From: a virus
Direction: 5' to 3' (one strand)
DNA length: 43,071 bases
Virus record (IMG/VR): IMGVR_UViG_3300017446_000007
Location: 1-43,071 of that record
Part shown: in pieces, positions 1 through 7,025 of the stretch
Position numbering within the stretch: the first letter of the stretch is position 1
Layout of the letters: each line of letters opens with the position of its first letter
The notes under the pieces: model-generated
The model's input: the letters and a program-made list of their open reading frames with translations, nothing else
Told to the model about the DNA's origin: nothing
The model's database searches: none
Program-made: the position numbers and the translations under genes

Positions 1-123
1 CCGACGCAGCCGCAAAGCAGACTTGGCTTGAGCGGTCGGCGCATATGTTGGGACTGCCCACATGAGTGCGTGGGAAGCGCCCGGCGTTACTGATGAGTGG
101 TACACGCCACCGGCTGTGTTTGC
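1..123 (+). repeat. Terminal direct repeat copy 1 (assembly closure overlap)
   Basis: 123/123 identity with 42949-43071. It spans the 3' end of CDS 42726-43013 and the 5' end of the methyltransferase gene. Confidence 0.95.
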
Positions 124-559
124 CGCTCTCGGCTGCTGGTTCGACATGGATGTGTGTCCGGCGCGTCACGCAGCCGGCCACGTTCCTGCGTCGAGGAACC
201 TGCAAGGCGATGGGCTCGTGGAACCATGGTTCGGCTTCGTCTGGGGTAACTTCCCTTTTGGCGGTCGGAACGGACTGGAGCCGTGGCTTACGAAATTCAT
301 GGTTCACGGGAACGGCATCGCTCTAGTGCCTGACCGGACGTCCGCACCTTGGTTTTGGAAGGCCTTCACCAAGGCGGATGCAGTCCTATTCACCCGCAAA
401 ATCCGGTTCCTGCGCCCAGATGGCACCGAGGGCAAGTCACCATCCTGTGGGACGGCGCTTATGGCTCGCGGAGAGATCGGCTTTGCATCGCTGCAACGAG
501 CCGCTGACGCCGGCTTCGGCATCATGACGCTGCCTTGGACAAGGAGGCTCGCGGCTTGA
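62..559 (+). CDS. dam: Phage-type DNA N6-adenine methyltransferase (Dam family)
   Basis: 165 aa. DEWYTPP and FDMDVCP motifs plus GNFPFG at the NPPY position. ATGA overlap with the upstream gene across the circular junction. Confidence 0.75.
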   Translation: MSAWEAPGVTDEWYTPPAVFAALGCWFDMDVCPARHAAGHVPASRNLQGDGLVEPWFGFVWGNFPFGGRNGLEPWLTKFMVHGNGIALVPDRTSAPWFWKAFTKADAVLFTRKIRFLRPDGTEGKSPSCGTALMARGEIGFASLQRAADAGFGIMTLPWTRRLAA

Positions 560-654
560 AACGCCCCCTTTGGCAGGTGCTGCTCATCTTTCCGCTGTGG
601 CTGGTCTACGTGCCCGCCCGCGCCTTCGTCTCATTCATGGACAGGCACTTATGA
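556..654 (+). CDS. Micro-ORF, 32-aa hydrophobic peptide
   Basis: TTG start 8 nt after AAGGAGG (541-547). TTGA overlap with the dam stop and ATGA overlap with the next start. Sequence MKRPLWQVLLIFPLWLVYVPARAFVSFMDRHL. Below the track cutoff. Confidence 0.4.
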   Translation: MKRPLWQVLLIFPLWLVYVPARAFVSFMDRHL

Positions 655-851
655 CCCGTATGACCTCCTCTGATACGAACTCGTCTGGGATGATGGGTGG
701 GGAGGAGCGCAAGCCGATCCCGTGCGGTGGATGCGGCGCTACGTCCGGCCGGTGCATCGGCTGCCTGCATGATTTTGGAATACCTGAGAGCGCCTGGGTC
801 CGCGAATACGCGCCCGGCCGCGCCTCCAAACCCGATCGGAGCATCCCATGA
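651..851 (+). CDS. Small Cys-rich protein (two CxxC pairs)
   Basis: 66 aa from ATG 651 (the track ORF starts at TTG 570). Contains CGGCG...CIGC. ATGA overlaps at both ends. Confidence 0.55.
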   Translation: MTRMTSSDTNSSGMMGGEERKPIPCGGCGATSGRCIGCLHDFGIPESAWVREYAPGRASKPDRSIP

Positions 852-1225
852 CCGACGCAACCCAAGAGCGCGCGGGCGACTACGAGCGCGCGTATTTCGA
901 GCGGGGCATGTTCGCAGCCTACGCATGGATGGTCACCAACCGCCGCGGCTCCCTTCTGTCCGATGCTGTCGTGGACCATGCGTGGGATAACCGCGACGCT
1001 GGAATGGGGGCGACCGAGTGCTTGCCGACGCGCGCCGAGCCGAAGCTGGCGGCTGTCGATCACCCGCTGGACAACGCCTCCCTTCGTGAAGTGTTCGACT
1101 ACGCCGCCCGCCGCTTGGCTGATGCTAGCGAGCAGGCCGAGCAGTCCCGCGAATACCGCCTTTCGATGGACCGTTTTGACGAAGCTTACATGTGGCTCGT
1201 CGCGGCCGAGGAGAAGTCCGCATGA
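848..1225 (+). CDS. Hypothetical early protein
   Basis: 125-aa ORF, ATGA-coupled at both ends, begins with the shared MTDAT junction repeat. Confidence 0.65.
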   Translation: MTDATQERAGDYERAYFERGMFAAYAWMVTNRRGSLLSDAVVDHAWDNRDAGMGATECLPTRAEPKLAAVDHPLDNASLREVFDYAARRLADASEQAEQSREYRLSMDRFDEAYMWLVAAEEKSA

Positions 1226-1416
1226 CCGACGCAACCCCGCTCGCGAACGACACTGACAAGGACATCGCCTTCTTGTTGGAAGCCGCCCGCTATTTTGAGA
1301 AGCGACCGACCAACGGTGAGGATGCTGCGCACTGGTCCAATGTGGCTAACGCCGCGAGCTGTCGCCGTATAGCTGCGAGCCTTGCCTCCACCACGATCGG
1401 AGCGCGTCATGACTGA
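1222..1416 (+). CDS. Hypothetical early protein
   Basis: 64 aa from ATG 1222 inside track ORF 1192-1416. ATGA overlap. MTDATPLA junction repeat. Confidence 0.6.
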   Translation: MTDATPLANDTDKDIAFLLEAARYFEKRPTNGEDAAHWSNVANAASCRRIAASLASTTIGARHD

Positions 1417-1738
1417 CGAAGCCCCTATCGCCCTTAGCCGACACGCTTCGTATGGCGCGCTCGTCCGCCGCGTTCGTACATTGCGGGATGCTGTCAGCGA
1501 GTATGATCGTGAAACAGCCGAGCGGAAGCGTAAGGCTGAAAGGCAAGGCGGTCCGCCTGCGCGATTTGCTGTCGATCAGCTTCGGTCTCCTGCGTTTCAC
1601 AATCTTCGCAAACGACTTCGTGTTGCCGAGCATCAATTAGCCAATTGGAAGCGGCCCGAGAAGGTCGTTGCGAAAGATGACCACCCTTTCAGCGAAGTGA
1701 TGCGCGAGGCCTTACGCCCGAAAGGATATGGCAAATGA
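1409..1738 (+). CDS. Hypothetical basic protein
   Basis: 109 aa from ATG 1409 inside track ORF 1382-1738. 8-nt overlap with the upstream stop. Confidence 0.6.
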   Translation: MTDEAPIALSRHASYGALVRRVRTLRDAVSEYDRETAERKRKAERQGGPPARFAVDQLRSPAFHNLRKRLRVAEHQLANWKRPEKVVAKDDHPFSEVMREALRPKGYGK

Positions 1739-2154
1739 CCGATGCAACCCCGCTCGCGTCTGAGCAGATTACGCAGGAAGATCGTGATGCTGCGGCTAAC
1801 CTGCGTTTCGAACGCCTTACGAAAGATCACGGCCCGCACGCGTGGATTGTCGCTGTTTGCAAGGACATTCGTGCTGGGCGGCATGATGACTGGTTTGAAG
1901 TACAAGCCTTCGCCCGCCATCGTATCGCAGCCGGTGTGGAGGTGGACGCGAAAGGCGAGGCAATGGTCTGTACGGGGTGTGGGACCACGCGCACTGTCGC
2001 GGCTATCCGTGCCAGCAGCACCACGGCCTTTACCTGCTGCCCTGAGCGCAAGATGATCGCGGTCCGCGCAGCCCTATCCGCCACCCCCGCACCTAGCGAT
2101 CAGGACGCATCGCCTCTCGACGCTGCAACTCGTTCTCCACAGCCTCGCGGATGA
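1735..2154 (+). CDS. Hypothetical early protein
   Basis: 139 aa. MTDATPLA junction repeat. The last ~20 codons overlap the convergent RHH gene. Confidence 0.65.
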   Translation: MTDATPLASEQITQEDRDAAANLRFERLTKDHGPHAWIVAVCKDIRAGRHDDWFEVQAFARHRIAAGVEVDAKGEAMVCTGCGTTRTVAAIRASSTTAFTCCPERKMIAVRAALSATPAPSDQDASPLDAATRSPQPRG

Positions 2155-2257
2155 ACTTGGCGCGGCCATACGTGCCAACCAGCGCGTCGACTTGCTCGAC
2201 CGTCTCTGGCGGCAGCCGAACCGGCACGATTTTCATGTTGAGCGGCGGGCGTCCCAT
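2093..2257 (-). CDS. Ribbon-helix-helix (Arc/Mnt/CopG-type) DNA-binding protein
   Basis: MGRPPLNMKIVPVRLPPETVEQVDALVGTYGRAKFIREAVENEL fits a beta-strand plus two helices. Start is uncertain: ATG 2257, ATG 2236 or TTG 2293. Confidence 0.7.
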   Translation of the reverse strand: MGRPPLNMKIVPVRLPPETVEQVDALVGTYGRAKFIREAVENELQRREAMRPDR

Positions 2258-2295
2258 CGGGCGGCGCGTAGCGGGGGTTGATGCCTCTGGCAAGA

Positions 2296-2356
2296 AAACG
2301 ATGCCTTTTTCTATTGACGCTATAAACGATGCCGATTATATAAACGGTATTGTTTA
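2296..2356 (+). promoter_or_regulatory. Divergent control region with a sigma70-like promoter and repeat operators
   Basis: AT-rich. TTGACG (2314-2319), 17 nt, TATATA (2337-2342). AAACGATGCC at 2296-2305 and 2324-2333. ATAAACG at 2322-2328 and 2340-2346. Inverted repeat TAAAC-N6-GTTTA at 2341-2356. TATAAT on the minus strand at 2335-2340. Confidence 0.55.
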
Positions 2357-2369
2357 CGGAGGCAAGGCC

Positions 2370-2648
2370 ATGCAGCGCTACGTTAGCCCGAATGGATACA
2401 GCGACGACTACGGCCCGAACGTGGCTCAGATTTTGAAGCACGGCAGCCGCAAGGTTGTCGGTAAGGTCCCAGCGCGTATTCGAGCAGAACTGCGGGAGGC
2501 TGTGGCGGCTGGTGTGTTGGGCCACATAAAGAAGGACGGACTGAAGCCGGAGGTCTTCTACCATCCACAGCGGCGCGCAAATGCGGTTGAAATTCGTGAA
2601 CGCCACGCCGCTTATGCGATCTCTTGCATCGCGAAGTGCGTCGCATGA
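2370..2648 (+). CDS. Hypothetical 92-aa protein (cargo of the RHH cassette; antirepressor-like position)
   Basis: ATG 2370 lies 7 nt after GGAGG (2358-2362). The upstream part of track ORF 2151-2648 lies in promoter DNA. Confidence 0.6.
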   Translation: MQRYVSPNGYSDDYGPNVAQILKHGSRKVVGKVPARIRAELREAVAAGVLGHIKKDGLKPEVFYHPQRRANAVEIRERHAAYAISCIAKCVA

Positions 2649-3343
2649 CCCGCGATCAGGACGCATCGCAGGCGCAGGCGCAGGGGGAGGTCGCGCTGTT
2701 GGCGCACGTCCGCAAGATGCAGGAGGCGTGCGCCAACTACATCGAGCCGACCACGTACATTGCTCGTCATCCCGACACCGGCAAGATCGGCGATTGCGCA
2801 TGGGTGCGTGAGTTTCCGATGCCCGATCAGAACGCCAGCGATCACGGCAAAGCGGAGGCGAATGCGCGCCGTGATGCAGCGTTCATCCGCGACATGATCT
2901 ACATGCTCGACGGGCCTGAACAGCGTGCCGCCATGCTTCCCGCCCCCGGTGCGACGGCGCAGGATGGGGCAACTGTTACAGAAACCGTAAAGGTTGCGAC
3001 GCCGACTATCCCGGCGGGCATGGTGGCGGTGCCGGTGGAGCCGACCGAGGCCATGTGCGAGGCATTCACCGCCAGCCGCTCGATACGCGATGGCGATTTC
3101 CATTCGCGCTATGCCGCCATGCTCGCCGCCGCACCCAAGCAAGCAAGCAAGCAAGCAGAGCAGCAGGGGGTGGAGGAAAGAGCGCGGCGCAAGCGTGCAA
3201 TTGAGCGCGCCAAGGCTGACGGGGCCACGGTCGACGACGTGCTGACTATGCAGATGGCGTTCCAGTATCTCGACGTTGTGGATCGCGATGCCGCCGCCCT
3301 GAACGCCCCCACAGGTGCTATCGTGAAGGGAGAAGCGATGTGA
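2645..3343 (+). CDS. Hypothetical early protein
   Basis: 232 aa from ATG 2645 (ATGA overlap). No family recognised. Confidence 0.65.
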   Translation: MTRDQDASQAQAQGEVALLAHVRKMQEACANYIEPTTYIARHPDTGKIGDCAWVREFPMPDQNASDHGKAEANARRDAAFIRDMIYMLDGPEQRAAMLPAPGATAQDGATVTETVKVATPTIPAGMVAVPVEPTEAMCEAFTASRSIRDGDFHSRYAAMLAAAPKQASKQAEQQGVEERARRKRAIERAKADGATVDDVLTMQMAFQYLDVVDRDAAALNAPTGAIVKGEAM

Positions 3344-3705
3344 GCGGGGCATTGAAGCCGTGCGTTAAGTGCGGCGGGTCAGGCAATCTCGAATGGTCAC
3401 GTGACGGCGAAGTTGCGTGGGTCCGCTGCTCAAAATGCGGACTTGAAAGCCCGCTGAAATATAGCGGAAGCGAAGCGGCAAAGTGGTGGAACGCCGGGGA
3501 GGAACGAACAGTCGCCACCACCCCCTCGCAGGGGCTGGACGCGGCTACGGTCGAGCAAGCGGCAATCAGCCTGATCGTGGACTTATGCGGCGCAGGTGCA
3601 TCGCAATCCAGCACGAACGTCCGCGTGGTCGAGGATCACCTACGCCAGTTTGCCCGCGCCCTCGCCACCGATCCGCACCAGCACGGGGGCGGACATGGCC
3701 AGTAA
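3340..3705 (+). CDS. lar: Lar-family restriction-alleviation-like zinc-ribbon protein with C-terminal extension
   Basis: GTG start in a GTGA overlap. CVKCGG...CSKCG...AAKWWN pattern is typical of the Lar family. 121 aa. Confidence 0.6.
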   Translation: MSGALKPCVKCGGSGNLEWSRDGEVAWVRCSKCGLESPLKYSGSEAAKWWNAGEERTVATTPSQGLDAATVEQAAISLIVDLCGAGASQSSTNVRVVEDHLRQFARALATDPHQHGGGHGQ

Positions 3706-3988
3706 CGGCGAACCGACTGCTATTGAGCAGATGCACGCTGCGGTCGAGCGGGCCACGCCTTTCGTTGATGCGGCGCACGATCCGGCGGGCGCGGAGTGGA
3801 AACCGTCCGAATTACTGCGGATCGGCTTCTACGCGGCATATTCCGGCGCGCGGCCCGAAAGCGCGTTCGTGTTCATCAACGACATGCTGGACGAAGCCCG
3901 CAACCGCTACGCCGCCGGGTTCTATGCGGACCCGTTCATGGAACCCGCGCGGGTTAGGCCGCACCAGCACGGGGGGAAGGGAGCGTGA
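3695..3988 (+). CDS. Hypothetical early protein
   Basis: 97 aa from ATG 3695 inside track ORF 3596-3988. Ends with the PHQHGG junction repeat. Confidence 0.55.
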   Translation: MASNGEPTAIEQMHAAVERATPFVDAAHDPAGAEWKPSELLRIGFYAAYSGARPESAFVFINDMLDEARNRYAAGFYADPFMEPARVRPHQHGGKGA

Positions 3989-4407
3989 GCTTTACCAACG
4001 AGAAAACCGTCAAGGCGGTGCGCAAGCCGGCGCAATGCTGTGCCTGTGGCAAGATGATCGAGATCGGCGAGTCCGCCGTACGCTGGGCCGGGATGACAGA
4101 CGGAGATTTCTCGTCAGTCGCCTACCACCCCGATTGCCGTCAGGCTGAGGTGGAGATCAATCGGCTGCACGACACCTATTTCGACGAATGGTTTGGTTTG
4201 TCCGAAATTGAGTGGGAAGACCATCGCTGGCTGCTTGAAACCCACCCTGCTGTCGCAGCGCGCATGGGGATCACCTTGGCCAAGATCAAGGAAACGGAGC
4301 GGGAGCGAGAGGCGTCACGTCTTGCTTGGGCTGAGATCGACCGGAAGCGCCGTGAGGCCACCCCGCACCAGCACAGCGCGGGCAACGGGGAGAAGCATGG
4401 TGGATAA
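3985..4407 (+). CDS. Hypothetical early protein
   Basis: 140 aa. GTGA overlap. Ends with a PHQH junction repeat. Confidence 0.65.
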   Translation: MSFTNEKTVKAVRKPAQCCACGKMIEIGESAVRWAGMTDGDFSSVAYHPDCRQAEVEINRLHDTYFDEWFGLSEIEWEDHRWLLETHPAVAARMGITLAKIKETEREREASRLAWAEIDRKRREATPHQHSAGNGEKHGG

Positions 4408-4741
4408 GCTGGAGAGCATCGCTGAGATCGAGGCCAGCTTCGACCGGGCGCGCGCGTATTTGCGCAGTGAGGGGTGGCCCGATGACCATGGTGCGATTGG
4501 CTACATGGCCGTCACCGCGCTTCTGGCTGGCTATGAGCGACGATCCATCACCCCCACAGAAGATGCGCGGGAGCTGGTTAAGGTGCTGGAGGAGGCGCTG
4601 GAGGCGATCGTTCGGTACGACGCCACGGTGCCGCACCTGCGCTACGAAAGCGCAGAGGCATTCCTAGGCGGTTGTGTCCGCCATGTCCAAGCCATCGCCC
4701 GCACCGCCCTCGGCAATAAGGAGACGGATCGTCATGGGTGA
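4397..4741 (+). CDS. Hypothetical early protein
   Basis: 114 aa from ATG 4397 inside track ORF 4193-4741. GGGGAGAAGC lies upstream. Confidence 0.6.
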   Translation: MVDKLESIAEIEASFDRARAYLRSEGWPDDHGAIGYMAVTALLAGYERRSITPTEDARELVKVLEEALEAIVRYDATVPHLRYESAEAFLGGCVRHVQAIARTALGNKETDRHG

Positions 4742-4973
4742 GAGCATCGCGGAGGTGGCGGCGATCGCGGCCAAGCTGACGAAGGCGCAGCGGACGTTTT
4801 TGCTGGAAGAGCGGCACTTGTTCGCGCGCGGTTACAAGCCCGGTGAGAAACTGATCGAACTCGGCTTCCTAGACCGTCACCGCGGCAATTTTGGCGACCG
4901 CATAACGCTTACCGAACGCGGCACTGAAGCGCGCAACCACCTCATCTCGCAAGGAGCAGACCATGACCGCTGA
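4734..4973 (+). CDS. Hypothetical early protein
   Basis: 79 aa from ATG 4734 preceded by AAGGAGA. Confidence 0.6.
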   Translation: MGESIAEVAAIAAKLTKAQRTFLLEERHLFARGYKPGEKLIELGFLDRHRGNFGDRITLTERGTEARNHLISQGADHDR

Positions 4974-5268
4974 AACGCAACATCCTTACGCCGCCCTGAC
5001 CGACGTAATCAACAACGATCCCGAATACGCTTGGGCTCTTTTCTGCAATATGGCGGTTCCGGTCATGGACGCCACGGGTTGTTCGCATCAAGTGGCGAAC
5101 GAGGCCGGGGCGCATCTTATGCAGCACCTATTCGGCTGCGACATAACAACGCACCCGCATTACAAATACGGCAAGAGCGGCGCGCAGTCTTATGCCGAAA
5201 TGCGGATCGCGATGGACAAGGCAGAGGACGCCGAGATCGCGGCACAGGCCACCGACCATGCCCGCTGA
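4963..5268 (+). CDS. Hypothetical early protein
   Basis: 101-aa ORF with AAGGAGCAG upstream. Confidence 0.6.
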   Translation: MTAETQHPYAALTDVINNDPEYAWALFCNMAVPVMDATGCSHQVANEAGAHLMQHLFGCDITTHPHYKYGKSGAQSYAEMRIAMDKAEDAEIAAQATDHAR

Positions 5269-5680
5269 CGCTGCGGAGATCGTGCGCTTGGCTGAAAGGG
5301 TCGAGCAGGCGGTGGGGCCGGACGCGGAGCTATCCGCACTGATCCGGTGTGCTATTTTTGCGCCTGAGGGGGCCTACGTGGCGGTATCGCCTTTCAACGG
5401 CCTTCATTGCATCTTCCTCGGAGAGACGCGTGATGGGCGACCCAAGGGCTGGGAGCCTCGCGGGCTGACCCACGAACAACGAATGGGCGATTTCACCGCC
5501 TCTCTCGACGCCGCCATGGCGCTGGTGCCGGAGGGGCAGGCCACCGAGTGCCTAAATGACGCAACCGAGACGCTTGGCGTGGCCGGCTGGAACGGCCGCT
5601 GGCGCGATGCCTTGCCGCGCTTTCTCACCGCCGCCGCCCTCCGCGCCCGAGCAGCTCAGCACGACCATGAGGTGGGGTGA
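5258..5680 (+). CDS. Hypothetical early protein
   Basis: 140 aa from ATG 5258 inside track ORF 5192-5680. Confidence 0.6.
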   Translation: MPADAAEIVRLAERVEQAVGPDAELSALIRCAIFAPEGAYVAVSPFNGLHCIFLGETRDGRPKGWEPRGLTHEQRMGDFTASLDAAMALVPEGQATECLNDATETLGVAGWNGRWRDALPRFLTAAALRARAAQHDHEVG

Positions 5681-5901
5681 TGGCACGCACGCGCGACGTC
5701 ATGGGCTACAAGCTTCAGCCGGTCTTCGATCTGTTCACCAAGGACGAGATCAAGGCAGCGAAGCGGCTGTCAAAGGCGCGAGGCTACCAGTGGGACACCG
5801 TTGGTACTGACCCGCGAGTATACGGCTGGCGGTTCCTCCGCGACGCCAAGATTGTGCTGGCCGGCAAGGATCTGGGCGACAGCTGCCCGGTGAAAGGCTG
5901 A
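5677..5901 (+). CDS. Hypothetical early protein
   Basis: 74 aa, ATGA overlap. Confidence 0.55.
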   Translation: MMARTRDVMGYKLQPVFDLFTKDEIKAAKRLSKARGYQWDTVGTDPRVYGWRFLRDAKIVLAGKDLGDSCPVKG

Positions 5902-5952
5902 CCGCATGCCCCCCTCTCTTACCCCTCCCGCCTATGTGTCGAAAGGACGAGT

Positions 5953-6138
5953 ATGACACGCGAGTATGATGCAGAAGGCTACCGATCGACCCAAGCAGCC
6001 ATCGAGCGCCGCTTCCCCTGTGGTCGCACCCGTCAGGTTGCTACGACCGATTGGGATGAGGCGAGGCGGTTGCTGGCGTCGCTGGACGCGGTGCCGGGCG
6101 TGATGGAGGATGCTGGGCGCGATGGTCTTGTCATTTAA
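5953..6138 (+). CDS. Hypothetical protein, last gene of the plus-strand unit
   Basis: 61 aa with AAGGACGAG upstream. Confidence 0.5.
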   Translation: MTREYDAEGYRSTQAAIERRFPCGRTRQVATTDWDEARRLLASLDAVPGVMEDAGRDGLVI

Positions 6139-6279
6139 GCAACGGCCCTTCGAACGTCCGCTGCCCCAGCCCGATCTTTCTACCACGCCACCCAATTGAC
6201 AGCAAGAGCGTCGTTGCTTTTCCGGCGAGTCGCGGGTAGATTATGCGGGCTGCGGCGGTCAGCGTGCTTTGCTGGTCGT

Positions 6280-6327
6280 AGGCGTGGTCTCCGGGCTTTC
6301 TCGGGGAGCGGTGCACCCACCACGCCT
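6280..6327 (+). other. Long hairpin in the convergence zone
   Basis: AGGCGTGGT (6280-6288) pairs with ACCACGCCT (6319-6327), followed by TTC. Possible weak terminator for the plus-strand unit. Confidence 0.35.
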
Positions 6328-6373
6328 TTCGCAGCAACAACCCCGCCGACCTGCCAAGCGTAGGAACGGCAAC

Positions 6374-6422
6374 GGGGCGGCGGCGCGCTTTCACCGCATG
6401 GGATCGACAACGCCGCCGCCCC
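6374..6422. repeat. Perfect 12-bp GC inverted repeat with 25-nt loop
   Basis: GGGGCGGCGGCG (6374-6385) and CGCCGCCGCCCC (6411-6422). No U-tract on either strand. Confidence 0.6.
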
Positions 6423-6483
6423 TGACACCCCTGTCCAACATCCCCCTGTACCCGCTACGTTCTCCACGACTCAGGAGAACGAC

Positions 6484-6698
6484 ATGGCAGACGAAGCACT
6501 ATGGCGCTGGCGGTTCGAGCAGGACGGGGTGCTAGATCTGGTCGACTGGCTGGCCAGAGACGCGACCGGGTCAACGCCGTCGCCGCATCCGTGCTGGCAC
6601 AGAAACTGGAGGCGATGGGCGCGCTACGGCTTCAGCGCGAGGCGACGCGGGATAAGTTCGTGTTCACTGAGGTTCCGGCTTCTGGGCCGCAGCGATGA
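6484..6698 (+). pseudogene. Possible frameshifted small gene
   Basis: ATG 6484 lies 5 nt after AGGAGA and about 27 protein-like codons follow (MADEALWRWRFEQDGVLDLVDWLA). The protein-like reading then continues in the -1 frame (track ORF 6501-6698, ...VNAVAASVLAQKLEAMGALRLQREATRDKFVF). Confidence 0.3.
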
Positions 6699-6822
6699 TG
6701 ATCGGTGCAGCCTTGGCTACCAGCTTGGGGGCAATCAGCCCCGCGACCATCAGCGCGACTTCAGGGTTGGCTTTCGCTTTGGCGACGGCGCCTTTGAGCA
6801 GCTTTCCGAGGTTGATCTTCAC
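6664..6822 (-). CDS. Micro-ORF, 52-aa Ala/Lys-rich protein at the end of the lysis cassette
   Basis: GTG start in a GTGA overlap with the upstream stop. GAAGGAGA upstream. Sequence VKINLGKLLKGAVAKAKANPEVALMVAGLIAPKLVAKAAPIIIAAAQKPEPQ. Confidence 0.4.
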   Translation of the reverse strand: MKINLGKLLKGAVAKAKANPEVALMVAGLIAPKLVAKAAPIIIAAAQKPEPQ

Positions 6823-7025
6823 GGTTCGATCTCCTTCGTTGCGATAGGATCAGATGGGGTGCCGGCGGGTTCTGGCTTCGGGCGCTCGCGCGGGCGGAAC
6901 GTGCCCAGCACGCCGATCAGGCCGGTCATGATGGCGAGGTCAGAGCCGGTCCCACCGATCAGAGCCAGCGCCACGATCGCGCAGACCACGGCGAGAAAGG
7001 CGATCAGGCTGTGGGTGTCGCTCAT
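6819..7025 (-). CDS. Small membrane protein (two hydrophobic segments, Pro-rich tail)
   Basis: 68 aa. ATGA overlap with the endolysin stop. Confidence 0.6.
   Translation of the reverse strand: MSDTHSLIAFLAVVCAIVALALIGGTGSDLAIMTGLIGVLGTFRPRERPKPEPAGTPSDPIATKEIEP

Larger units (their letters stand above)
2096..2669 (+). repeat. Perfect 18-bp direct repeat pair bracketing the RHH cassette
   Basis: GCGATCAGGACGCATCGC at 2096-2113 and 2652-2669. Confidence 0.9.

Noticed and set aside
2093-2648. Reading the RHH gene plus the 92-aa gene as a toxin-antitoxin pair
   Set aside because: The two genes are transcribed divergently from separate promoters, not as a bicistronic operon, and the 92-aa protein shows no toxin motif that I recognise.
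4661-4670. Related CTAGGCG cores at 4664-4670 and 11823-11829, considered as extra motif copies
   Set aside because: They share only the 7-mer CGCCTAG, which is expected several times by chance at this base composition, and they lack the TAT extension.
6131-6467. Minus-strand ORFs 6131-6394 and 6180-6467 in the convergence zone
   Set aside because: They have no ribosome-binding sites, biased Arg/Pro/Gly composition, and run through strong hairpins. The region was treated as non-coding.
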